From Tubiluchus corallicola (lineage: Eukaryota > Animalia > Priapulida): a stretch of DNA of 64,000 nucleotides. Where the stretch lies: positions 187,258-251,257 of the forward strand of contig JAQGDQ010000101.1 of NCBI GenBank assembly GCA_030141605.1. Direction: 5' to 3'. Made by a program: the position numbers and the translations under genes. Shown piece by piece: positions 52,101-64,000 of the stretch. A model generated the notes under the pieces. The model made no database searches. It saw only the letters and a list, made by a program, of their open reading frames with translations, and was not told where the DNA came from. Position 1 is the first letter of the stretch; each line of letters opens with the position of its first letter.

Positions 52101-55100
52101 GGTTGTTTAAAGTAGTGCCATTTGGCAATAGGATATTAGGAATATGGAGTGCCTATATGGCATTTGATCACTGGGGATAATCAGTGCCATCTATTTGGCA
52201 CAGCGTTTATTTGGTAATGGCGATAATGTATGGACATAGTTTAGTTTGCCCATTTGGCAGTTGGCAATTGTAATGAAAGCAGGCATGTTTAATGCCAATG
52301 CCTATTTATCTGGCACTTATCTGGCAAATAAAAACTATTGCCAAGTATCAGGCACTAAGCAACAGGGAGATGTAGAGTTGGTAGAGCCAATGCGGCACAA
52401 AATCTTGGGACAAAGCTTACCTGGCTATATTCAAATTGCCTACAAGGCAGTTTTGTTGAATATGCGTCGTACAATGCACACTGCATGTTGATCACACGTT
52501 TTATAATAATGTGCAGTATTGTGCACATTCGTTGATATGGCTTTGAGCTCTAGTGTGTTGATATGTGCTCTAGTGCATATTATGCAGAAGAATTTTTGCG
52601 ATTATTTGCAATTTTGCATGACCAAAGCAACAACTCCATCATGGAAAATGAGAGAGTTGTTGCTGATCATTCTTTATCTATCTTGAGAATCCCATGCACC
52701 CTTGTCCATTACAAAAGTAATAAGACGTGTTATACATGAAGTCAAGAATTACAGCAAAACAAATGCGCACCCAAATCACAATATGAGTTACTGTTCCCGT
52801 TTCACAATGAGAATTACTGCGCTCATATCACAATGTGATTTACTGCTCCCGTTTCACAATGAGAATTACTGTGCCCCTATCACAGTGTGAATTAGTGCGC
52901 CTATATCACAATGCGAATTATTGCTCCCGCATCACAATGAAAGTTACTCGCCCCTATTCACAACGTGAATTACAAGTCTCATATCATGTCAATTACTGCG
53001 CCCGTGTCACATCAATTACTGAGCCCGTGTCACACTGTGAATTACTGCGTCTGTATCACAATGTGAATTATTGCGCCCGTATCACAATGTGAATTACTAC
53101 TCCCATATCACATCAATTACTGCGCCCGTATCACGTGAATTACTGCGCCCGTGTCACAATGTGAATTACTGAGCCCATGTCACAATGTGAAATACTGTGC
53201 CCATATCACAATGTGAATTACTGCGCCCGTGTCACAATGCTGTGCCTGTGTCACAATGTAAAATACTGCACCCGTATCGCAATTTGAATTACTGTTCCCG
53301 TATCGCAATGTGAATTACTGCGCCTGTTGCACATTTACTAATGCAATGATGATGAATCCTAAAAAAAAATAAAGCAAAAACATTTATCTCATGCTTCAGT
53401 AATATTGATTATATAAACAATTAAGTCTGAACAAAAAATAAAAAATAAAATAACCATATGAACCAATTATGATAAAACAATATTTTGTAAAACAAAGTAA
53501 TTAAATTAACTGCATTCATCAAATAATATAATGTCCTCTAAAATGCTGACAAAGTAAACAAACAAACCTGTTGTATTAATTTTTCAGTCAATGTCTGTAT
53601 TTGTATCATTAAAGCATTATCAATAGGAGCACCGGGAGGTTGACCAGCCAACTGTTCCTGAATTGATTGCAATAACAACTGTGGATCCTACAAATAAATG
53701 CAATAACATATGCCAACGTCCTAGCAAATGCAATGCTCACGAAGTTGATAACAACAGCAATAGTCAAAAGATTTAGATCATAACATTTACATTGAAATGA
53801 TGGCATGACCAACAATTAAATATCTAAATAAAAACTAATCTAATTAAGGTGAGTGATCTAATATTGCAAATGCAGTGGGATGAATTTTGGATGATCACAG
53901 AGAGGCATTAACACTAGGGATCATTGGACGTACTTTGTAAGCAGAGAAGGTTACTTTGTAACCTAGGTGCCTGGAGGCATATAAATTTACAAATTGGTTT
54001 CACTTGATACGAACAGCTAGCACTAAATTTTAACAGTAAGAGGGAAAGCAAAAACACAAGTAATTGTACTATTTTACATTACTTGAGCATTTGTAGAACA
54101 GAATAATGTAGAAAGTAACATTTTAATGTTTCAAAGCAAAAAGTTCTTGATAAAATAAAAAACTACATTGAGCAGTTTCGTTAAAGTCGTCAAAACAAAA
54201 TATACGTTGTTAAAAGTGACAAAAAGGTGTTATATGTTCAGCGTCATTAAAATGAAACGTCACTAAATGAGGCATGTCCTTAAGCAAGGACTTACTGTAT
54301 TAAAATTATAAACTATTTTTCTTTGAATTATTAAGGTTCATAATTATAATAAATAAAATGTGATAATGTATAAAAATATGTCCAAGATCCTACCTCTTCT
54401 TGACTAGCACCTGGTTTTGGAGGTGGTGGCGGTGCTGAAATAGAACAGACTATTTAGCAAATCAAACATGTGCATACACAAATTAAAATCAACATCAATA
54501 TAACTTCAGGGCAAAACTACAAAACTGAAAGCGTAAAATTGAACAAAATGAGCATGAGTGACCTTTTCTTTTTCTTAAAAGGTTGTAAGTATATAATAGG
54601 CCTAGAAAAAAATTGCATCTAACATCAATTCATTTAATTTGTTGAGAGTTATTAATCACATTCTAAAACAGCAACATTCTTTCAGTGGTATGTAAACCAG
54701 AAGCAAATTTTTCAGGCGGATTGCTGTGTAAATTTTCCATTTAGCGAAAAACCTCATCTAGCACTGATGGGCGATTAATAGATTGATCGAATTAATCCCA
54801 ATTACAACAGCAAATAAATCAATATAATCGGCGATTGAACAGTAATTCAATTAATCGAGGGGCAAAATATACGTGTTACACACTAAAAGGCAATGTTTTA
54901 GCACAAATAAACAGAATAATTGCATTTTCTCTTCTTTTTTGTTACCTTACACAATGTGCACCATTGCAAACCACAGTGTTGCAAACTGGGGGCTTCAAAT
55001 TATTCGTTGGCACATGGACATGTGTAGTGACGTAGTCACAAAGTAGTTAACGAATATGCGTGTCAATAAAAACAGTTTTCAAGTACAAAAATGACAGACA

Positions 55101-58100
55101 GCGGCAAAAAAAGTTTATCGACTATATTTCACTGAAATCATTGAAAATACGTCTGAAACACTAAAAAAATCGCCACAAAAGATTAATCATGTTATCAAGT
55201 TACAAGAACAAGATTAAAATCAAATTACAAAATTTCAGAATCACCCATCACTTTGACATCCAGTAAACACAATTACATGAAATACAATGAGTAGCAAGAA
55301 CAAACATGTCACAACGCAATAGGTATTAAGCAATAGGGAAACTATATCCTACTCCATGTTAAGTACTATCAACTATGCATTAAGCTATGCAAATGTTAGT
55401 GTTTTTGCTAGCTGCAAGCTAACTACACTTACGTTCACCTTTGTCAACCAGACGTAACAGAGGCTGAATCACATCTGAACTGAACACACCATGTTTGAGC
55501 CAAATATTTAAAACCTTCTTGACCTTTGCCTGAAAGTAAAGAAAATTTTTCTAAAATTCTTGGCTGGCGATCACAGAAAGCCTTGGGTTCAAGTTGCAGT
55601 GGAGCTGCAAAATTTTCCAGTCGTTCTAATTTAGTAGTGCTTTCATGCACTCAAAGAATTGATATCAGAAATGTAAACTACATTTTTAGTGAGAATTCAA
55701 AATGACAGTTGTAGCTTCAAGAAAGCTTGGAGGAACTTGTACAGTAATTTTTTACCTGAGATCACAAGTCAAAATTACCTTATCAGTTTCAGGACACTGT
55801 AAAATGTGGGTAAACGTTGCCTCAAAATTCTTGGCAAATCTCGCACCATAAAGATCTTTCTCCACTCCAAACTGATGTCGTGACTGCTTGATAATAGAAT
55901 CAATCACGTACAGTCCAGGAACCTTGTAATGTGGTGGACACTAAAAATATGACACGCAGATTTTTAATGATATGTAACTAGCTAATAATGAAGCAGGGTA
56001 AAAGCACAGTGATGCCTCCATTGCATTTTTAACGACAAAAATAAATTTAAGACCTCAGTGTTTCATTTTATTTAGAAAACAATTCCAATTGATTAATTTA
56101 ATGTGATGTGCTAATCATGCTGCATAATTTCGAAAAGTTTCAGCTGTCTGCCATTATAAGTAAAAGTTTAGTGGCACTTTGAATACAGTACCATTTACCT
56201 GTTTTTGCAAGTTGCCTGTGGCCCTCTTTCGTTTACACATAATTTATTTGATAATTAATACAGTTTTGCCAAAATGACATTTTCGAGGTATGCATTCATA
56301 TGTCTGTCCATACGTCAACAACTGTTCTTTAGATCATTTTAGTGGCTTATACGAAAAATAAAAACAATTGAAATTTAATTACTGCTTTTTCCTGATGTTA
56401 ATGTCTTTATATTATGCAGAAAGCAGAAATTACATATAGTTTGCAATAATACACAGTAGTACAGACTTAAATGACCATGTCTATCCATTAGGTCAACACA
56501 AATGTGCAAACTGCCTTCTGGATGATGTTCAAAGTATCTGCTTTGTGAAAACATAGAATTCCTCGTATGTTATGAGAAACATTGGAGCATATGTATGAGC
56601 ATTTGTTAGTTAGATAAACAGAAATGATGTCAGTAGGCTGGTTTCTTTGTTACATATGTCAAAAAAATGGCAAGCGCTAAATTTATTAATAAAACGTAGT
56701 ATATCTACAAACTCTGACATACTAGCTGATCTATACTTGCAGTTTAATTTTATTAAAAACTAAGCTTTTTTAGTAAAACTGTGTTAGTTTAATTTAGAAA
56801 AAGAAATAGAGGTTTGATAACAACAATAATTTGGTTTATTTTTACTTAAAAATATCAAAAACCATTACGAATTGATGTCAGTAGGCTGGTTTCTTTGTTA
56901 CATATGTTAAAAGAAATGGCTTGAAGGGCTAAATTTATTAATAAAACATAGTATATCTACAAACTCTGACATATTAGCTGATCTATACTTGTAGCTTAAA
57001 TTTATCAAAAACTAAGCTTTTTTAGGAAAAATGTGTTAGTTCAATTTACAAAATGAGTATAGAGGTTTGACAACAATAATTTGATTTATTTTTACTTAAA
57101 AATATTAAAAAAACGTTACAAATTATGCATTACGACAAAAATTCACCTAGTTAATGTCACAGAGTATGTTTAAAATATGTCACAGAGTATGTTTAAAATA
57201 TGTATTTCACATAATTTGTATTTCCATGTCACTGAACCACTTCTGTAGCTAGCAACCTACTAATTGATGCTTGAAAAGTAAACTATGTTAATAAAGCTGT
57301 TAGAAAAGCATTTTAACATGAAATGCTGATTGTCTTCCTTATGCAATTAAGAAATATGTTTTCTTAAAATTGCCATAACTTTGTAACCTTTCATCTAATT
57401 TATAAACCAAATAGTTTTATGATACACAGAACAAGAGCTTTCATTTGCTATATTATACAAACACCTAAGTGAAATTCTTTTGCCCTCAAGAGGGCCAAAT
57501 TTGGAGGCATTCACTGTGCTTTCACCCATCACTGATGACAAACTACTGAAACTAGCGCAATTTTCACCATCCAAATTTTTAACTCAGTAATTCTGCTTTC
57601 GTTAAGAAATAATGATTGTTATTTAACTGTAAAGATATTTGTAAAGGAAATACAACAGTTAATACAAAAATAACACAATGCATATAAAAATAATACTGTA
57701 AATATACCAAGCAGCATTAATAACGTACCTTAGCAATGAACTTTTCCACATTGTGAACAATGTGCTTGAAAAATTTGCCCGCTTTCATTGCACACTTTGT
57801 GATCAACACCATTTTAGCCTTCGAAATCGGTGGCTTTGTCTTGTACAAACCAGCAAGCTAAAAATGATTAAATCGCCTCTCATCAACTTTAGAGTTAATT
57901 TACTGTGTGACTAGCATTATCACGGAAATGTATGAAAACAATATAAAAGTAAATAGCAATCTTAAATTTTGATTAGCATAACGTTTGTAATTTAAGTTCG
58001 TAGCCTTTAATAAGCTGGTTAGCTGGCGCCTGGAATCAGTTTTACAGTCTATGATTTTAACTGTAATTGAAATCGATCAAATGTTAGTTCCACAAGGATT

Positions 58101-58480
58101 ATTAAATAAACTAGCGTTCTTATACATCTATAATTATATATGCAATCACTAAGTTGCATAAGATTGATGAATAAATAAATCTAAATCTAAGCATGTTTAG
58201 AGCAGCAACTATCTATTTATTTGAATTTATAAACCACTGGAGCTAACCTGTCTTTGACACTGAATGTACTTTCCTCTATTTTGCAACGACTTAACATCTT
58301 CAAGGCAAAAATCTGTAGGCCTATCAATAGTAGACCATGCCAAAGAACATCTAAGCCATTATCAGGTAAATCTATCATCTACAGATTAATGTTAGGAATT
58401 TATGAGGCCTACTAATAACACCGATAATCATTGATAATTTTATGTACCTCATTACTAAATGTAGTTATAATCTCCATCAT
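40110..58480 (-). CDS. SCAF4/8: SR-related CTD-associated factor 4/8 family protein (CID + RRM + very long C-terminal tail), ~2,040 aa
   Basis: Exons 58448-58480, 57729-57857, 55779-55940, 55433-55529, 54394-54434, 53568-53687, 51186-51208, 50076-50189, 49299-49396, 48019-48119, 47068-47175, 45881-46046, 45608-45718 and 40110-44929 total 6,123 nt in frame. CID: KPPISKAKM..YKVPGLYVIDSIIKQSRHQFG; RRM: VCSRTIWIG..KGCAFLVM; then WAPGKG..FWDVDLGVFHIPY. Confidence 0.92.
41893..41954. repeat. Perfect 30-nt coding tandem duplication (EETRKKRRNS x2)
   Basis: TCAGAATTACGACGTTTTTTCCTAGTTTCT twice. Confidence 0.95.
46499..46922. repeat. Two-copy ~212-bp intronic tandem duplication, near-identical
   Basis: Units start CATTTATTAACATTGAAC at 46499 and 46711. 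Confidence 0.93.
52776..53325. repeat. Minisatellite, ~26-bp unit, about 20 degenerate copies
   Basis: Consensus TCACAATGTGAATTACTGCGCCCGTA. Confidence 0.93.
56625..57115. repeat. Two-copy ~248-bp intronic tandem duplication, moderately diverged
   Basis: Units start TGATGTCAGTAGGCTGGTTTCTTTG at 56625 and 56873; a 23-bp doublet follows at ~57154-57203. Confidence 0.9.
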
Positions 58481-61400
58481 GAGTAAACTATAGCTTAATT
58501 CTTTCAAGTTTATATGACCTTTGGCCCTACTGTATCGTCGGACCGTTTATAAAATATAAATAACTTCTCAAGTCACGCAAAACCTCCAAGCAAGCACTGC
58601 AAATGGCGCGACAACTTCGGCTTTTTTCTCGTGCTGATGCCTGGCGGCATCCTGTGAGAAAAACTTGAATTAGACCGGGCACATTGAGTTTCAGACCACA
58701 CTTCTAAACATGTGATCTAAATCACTGAGGCTTTGATCACATGTCCACAACAGTCAGCAATTACTACAGATAAGAAAACTGTCAAAAGTGATTGCTAAGG
58801 AGTACTTGCAATAGGTGTTTTGGTAAGCTATGTCTATGTAAGATCTATATGAAGAGAGGCTCTGCTTGTCCGTGACGACCATAATAAGCGCGAGCCAGGT
58901 GACTTCATTAAAGCTTAGAAGTTTTGCACGGGTGCTATGATATATGTTTATTTCGAATTTAAAATTTATCTATATATATTCAGATATATTTATTGATTTT
59001 TTGTATTGCATCTTTACATTACTGTACCTGTTTTACCGTAAATTTATGCATATAGTATAACTATTATTATTGTAGAAAACTGGCTATTTGTTTTACAGAT
59101 TTTATTTTCATTTTCCACTCATTGTAAAAAAGAAGAAGGTGAAACTGCAATAGAACAAGAAAAAAGAATATCAACAAAAATAAAGCAACAGTAAATGTGC
59201 GAGTAAACGAGAAACAAGCGTTAACAAATCAACAACAAGCACACTGAAGCAGAAGATGATTCAAAATTAAACCATTACATATGGCATTACAAAACCAACG
59301 CAAAAATTTGCTAACCAACAAACTTCCTAGCATATTCACAAATCAGCATGCACATGCACACACATGCACGCCTACGCAAAAACACGCGCATACGCATGCA
59401 CTTTAAACAGTTGCAAAAAATCAATAATTAGGCAATGGCTAGAGATGATAAGAATTATTATCAAATAAACACCAACAGAAACTATTAAGCAAATAAATAA
59501 ACTTACAAACGTTTGAGGATCTGTATAACAAATTTCAAGCCAATCTTCAGAAATCACAAAAAGACATACTGGTTCTACAACAGTGGCCTACTGAACTCAC
59601 AGCTACTATATCACTAAAACAGGATTTTTCCTATTCTATAGCTATCTAACCACTCAATACAAGAGCGGCCAAGCATGTCAAACAAACTCTACAGGTAATG
59701 CAAAATGAATAATGTCACTCTAGAATTAATACACCTGGCTTCACTGTACCCAATCTAGCCTGAAAGATAACAATTATTATTCACAATGTAACCTCGTATT
59801 CAATTCTTAAGAATTTCTCGCTTACCATTTTTCCGCCCTTTGAAAATATGACTAGATTAAATATACATTTCTGCTACTTAATACTTAATTTAATACCAAA
59901 TCTATTTTTAATACTATAATGTTTATATATGTATGTTTGTATATATGTATATATATATATGCAAACACCTGAAAAATGTCATGAGCCTGTAAGTAAACTT
60001 GTATTTTTAATAAGGGGCAGCTGACCAAGTGACCAATAGGTCTTTCGCTGCTCCTTCTCAGCTGCAATGAAATGTAAAAATAATTATGACGAATTTTAAC
60101 GGCTATTGAGAAAATAAAATTTATTTGAATTGATATTTCTATCCCATCTTTCTTGTTGGACTGGTGATGTTTAGCGACACACGGGACCATGGTTTCGAGT
60201 TAGCCAAGAGCAGATTCACTAATGCACAGAGAGCTTGTTTTTTTTTTAAATCACGTGTTAATCACGGTTTCTGCTCAGAATACAAATAGTTTAATAGTCT
60301 ACCTATCGATGGCACTCTACACTCTATGGAGCCTGTGACAACCATACTATAACATCTATGACTAGGTTTGCTGTTAATCTTCCTGCCAAAGGCAACATAG
60401 TCGTTTTCTGTTTTGTTCGTTGTTAATACTAATGTTAACTTTAGCCCAAGGACTAACACTACGGCTGCAGAGATGCTAAATATGATATAGTGGTAAATGG
60501 TAGATGGTAAAAAGCTTTCAATAAATTACTGAAACAGAATATAAAGTATTTCATTCAAATTTCGATCAGGTATTATTATGCCATGGCTACCAAACAGTAA
60601 ACATAAACCAGTAGAGAGATCGCAAAACTTCAGTCAGCCAGCAGGAGTCCATCTCACAATGGCCAGTCGGGTACGTTAACTGGCTTGCTGCTCCACAGGG
60701 TCATGACTACTCTCAAACACCATGGTAAACGCTCTTACAGGATATACTTAAACATACCAAAATTAATGTATTGCGTAAGTGTGTATAGTTAGCTTTCGTT
60801 TTTCAAATTTAAAACTTGGCATTGTTCTATAACATAAGAATATAATATACCGACCTAAGCACTATACAAAACACAGTAGGATGTTGTTAGCTACTACTGT
60901 ACAGAACAAAATTTCATTACCAATAAGGTTGATAGTTAGTAGGCCTTCTTGATTATTATATTCACAACGTTTAGCCTGCATAACTTAGGCGGTTCAAAAT
61001 CGAATGTTAGTGCTTGCATAATAAGTCTTGTAAATTGGTCATGCAATAGTCGTTTTATACCTATTTTTGTACCTATAGATATAATTGGAATATCCTTCTC
61101 AGTGGCTAAAACTCAGATTCGGATAGTAGACTACGCAAAATTTTCGCTAAAGTATTCAGGTTGCATAATACTGTTCTAGTTTTTCATACAGATATTTGAT
61201 CCCAAAATACTGGAAAACAATTTTGTTGCAAATAATTTTGCTTTTCCAATAAGTTTATGTGGCGATGAATTTTTTCAACGAAGATGAGCATTCTGGTCTT
61301 CTGGTAACAATCTTTCATGTAAAACCTTGATATTACGCCCATATACTTGATCTGCTAGTAATACTAAACATTAGTAATTATTTTGCTTTGGTCCAGCGTT

Positions 61401-61779
61401 ATCAAACGTCGAACTTCAGATGAAATCTCTTGCTAATGTGTAATTTGCACCTCTTCAATTACTTGTGAAACGTCTTTCGTTGATGGTGTTTTACCAACAG
61501 AATGGAAACTGGTAGTTGTAAATCTAATATTCAAAAGAAAAGCAAAATTTTTGAACTGCTAGAACGCCGGAGAAGCATTTTCGAAGAGAAAATATGAAGT
61601 TATACAGTTGTTAAAGGAAAGAACAATTGAAAGAAAAACTGCTTTATTCTCAAGACCAGTCCTTAATACTTGTCAAGTAGCAATCTTGCAATCGGGTGAT
61701 CACCCGGTGTTAGAAATTCTGAAATTGAAAACAGCTGAACATCGCACCGAGCCGCACAAGGCAAACGGCGCGCGTGCGG

Positions 61780-61781
<2 letters not shown>

Positions 61782-61843
<62 letters not shown>
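61782..61843. repeat. (GA)n microsatellite
   Basis: About 30 perfect GA units. Confidence 0.99.
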
Positions 61844-61846
<3 letters not shown>

Positions 61847-61994
61847 GCGAGGCAGTATGTTCGCATAAACCAAAAAAATGTTACCTCGGCGAGAGGCCCC
61901 CTGGAGGGTGAGGCCCTGGGGAAGTATCCCCACTCCCCCCCCCTGAAATAGGCCCTGCATTTTGTTCTTCATCAATGATTTGCCTGAAAGGTAC

Positions 61995-62290
61995 TATATC
62001 TTTGCTGATGATGTCAAGTTCTGTCAGTCCTTTACAAGAACAGGTCGTATGATATGCAACGAATATTAGATAGCACATTGAATGGGCAAATACGTGCCAG
62101 GTAAAGATAGCTACTAAAAGTGTAATGCTGTACACATTGATAGAGACAATCCCAGTAATAACCACCTCATTTCACATAACCAAACTGAATCAGCGGCTGT
62201 TGTGCGTGGTCTTGGCATTACCATTTCAAATAATGGTGTCCATATCAGCTGAATGACATTGATATCGTAAACTCTTTTGAGATGTTTTAT
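61995..62290 (+). mobile_element. Degraded CR1-type LINE RT fragment
   Basis: IFADDVKF..WANTCQVKIA..VRGLGITIS follows the CR1 FADDxK..W...WQ..xKDLGI pattern, with frameshifts. Confidence 0.65.
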
Positions 62291-64000
62291 GGTTGATAAC
62301 TCATACCCTGACAGACTAAAAGCTCAAATTTAATGCTATTAAAAAAGACGAATTCAAAATGATCGTGTATGTGCTATAAAATCATTCATAAAGAAGTAGG
62401 TTTGAGAAATTTTTACTGGGGCTCCACCTGATCTACGAAAGTTTTTGTACATAGAACTAAATTTTATAAAACGTTTTAATTTTTTTCAAACCGATTTGTT
62501 CACTTATGGGTAACTCACTTCCAAATTCTGCGAACTGCTTGTGACAGCAACAAATGTCAAATGTTAAGTTTGTTAAATGAGTAAAACGTTATGTTTAGCT
62601 GATCTTGATAATTCTGAAATATAAAAGGCATACGTAAGCAATTTTTCTCATTGTGCCTCCCAACACTCAAAATTTTACTTTTTTTACAGTAATTTTTTAT
62701 TGAATTGTAATGTACAGTGTTGTATTATTATAATTATGTATATACACTGTAAATTTTAATTGAGTGTTAATAAATTTAATTAAATTAAGGACTTTCGGCG
62801 CCTGATTATTGTAAAAAATTGACAAGTTCACAATACAACAGACAGAAGAGTAGGAGAACTGCTTTACTTTTTTTACTGATTTGAAATTCTTGGACTTTCT
62901 TTTCATTTAGCAAAACTGCAAGTCTGCAATCAATCCACAGAAAATTTTGCCTTTATGGCAAGTTGAATGGGATGCTAGGCTGCATCAAGCTAAGTTCTCA
63001 CTAATTACGCAGCTAAGTATGTCACGTTCAGAAAGGCAAAACGTATGAACAGCAGCATAATTATGATGGCAGCATCTAACGATAGGCCACGTTGCAAAGA
63101 AGTTATCACAAACAAAGCGACTACATAATTTTATTAATTTACAACAAAACACGGGGACGCAATTATCACTAAACAATAGAGAACATGTCCTATTGGCAAT
63201 AGAGTAGAGTCTATGAGCTCCTCAGCTCTGCGACTTCTCTTTTCGCTCTTTCCAATTCCGGGATACGTTTATATTCTTGCGCAATCGTATAAAACTGCAA
63301 AAAAGCAAATGTATAGCTATTAATTTTAATAGAGTATCAACCACGATGAACAAGTAACTGAAAATTTACTTTGATGCATGTCGTGCAGCGATTTCTATTT
63401 TCATCAATGAGTCAGTCTACAGGGTATTAAAAAACAATACAGTAAAAATATGACAAACTTAACTTGCACTTCTGCATTTAGCTTCACAATAATATAAAAA
63501 TTATTATTATTTCCTAGCTCTATACAAAATCCAATTTTCCTGCCATATTTTGTGGCATGATTAGATTAGATTAGATCAGATTAGATTCTGTATTTCGCAG
63601 CTAGCTCACAGATTACATAAAATACATACACAATTAAAACTACATTTGCAATTATATCAAGGAACATCTAAAACCACAGTCATTAAAAATAATAAAAATG
63701 CTACAATTACAAACAATTCTTTCAGCATGACCATACTTATTGGGCATATTGGCCTTGTCTGGTCTAACGTTGGTATGCTTATAGTACTTGTTAGAGTACT
63801 GTTTTCTTTGGAACGCCCCGTATACACGAGCTATTTTTATTTACGTTCTGTCATCAGTATACCAACAGAAACGTGTATTAAAAGAAATTTACAATAGTTG
63901 AGTGGTTTCAGCACACCATAAACACCTTCTGAAAAGCAACATGTGAATAAGCGCGCGGCGTGTTCCCGCATTGAAATTGTGCGAGATTTAAAAGTGGGTG

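Noticed and set aside
52776-53325. CRISPR-like array
   Set aside because: Contiguous degenerate units with no unique spacers, in a eukaryotic intron; an ordinary minisatellite.
61880-61957. GC-rich segment ending GGCCCTG as a complete hAT element or functional G-quadruplex
   Set aside because: Resembles one transposon end, but I found no partner TIR or TSD and no evidence of function.
61608-61975. RE-repeat and SL-repeat ORFs
   Set aside because: Translations of the (GA)n microsatellite.

Overview
AT-rich, intron-rich animal (invertebrate-like) nuclear DNA. Left to right: the 5' half of CUL5 (-); two adjacent non-autonomous hAT elements with 8-bp TSDs; an uncharacterised spliced gene (-); an intronless FAM20B ORF (+); a young, compact 4,191-bp Ty3/gypsy element with identical 162-bp LTRs, inserted into a 119-bp tandem duplication; a small two-exon uncharacterised gene (+); a complete 7-exon RPL13A (+) hosting four box C/D snoRNAs (two U34-like, two U33-like); and a ~2,040-aa SCAF4/8-family gene (-) with a 4.8-kb last exon. 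Best leads: (1) the gypsy element has no tRNA primer-binding site; the 16 nt after the 5' LTR are perfectly complementary to the LTR itself (apparent self-priming, with no chromodomain and a YLDN RT motif); (2) one U33-like snoRNA has a second antisense element that, with the D guide, would bracket the 18S helix-34 CCG acetylation site; (3) both U34-like snoRNAs have a changed base at exactly the methylation-specifying position. Exon models and all rRNA/homologue comparisons were done by eye and from memory; no searches were run.
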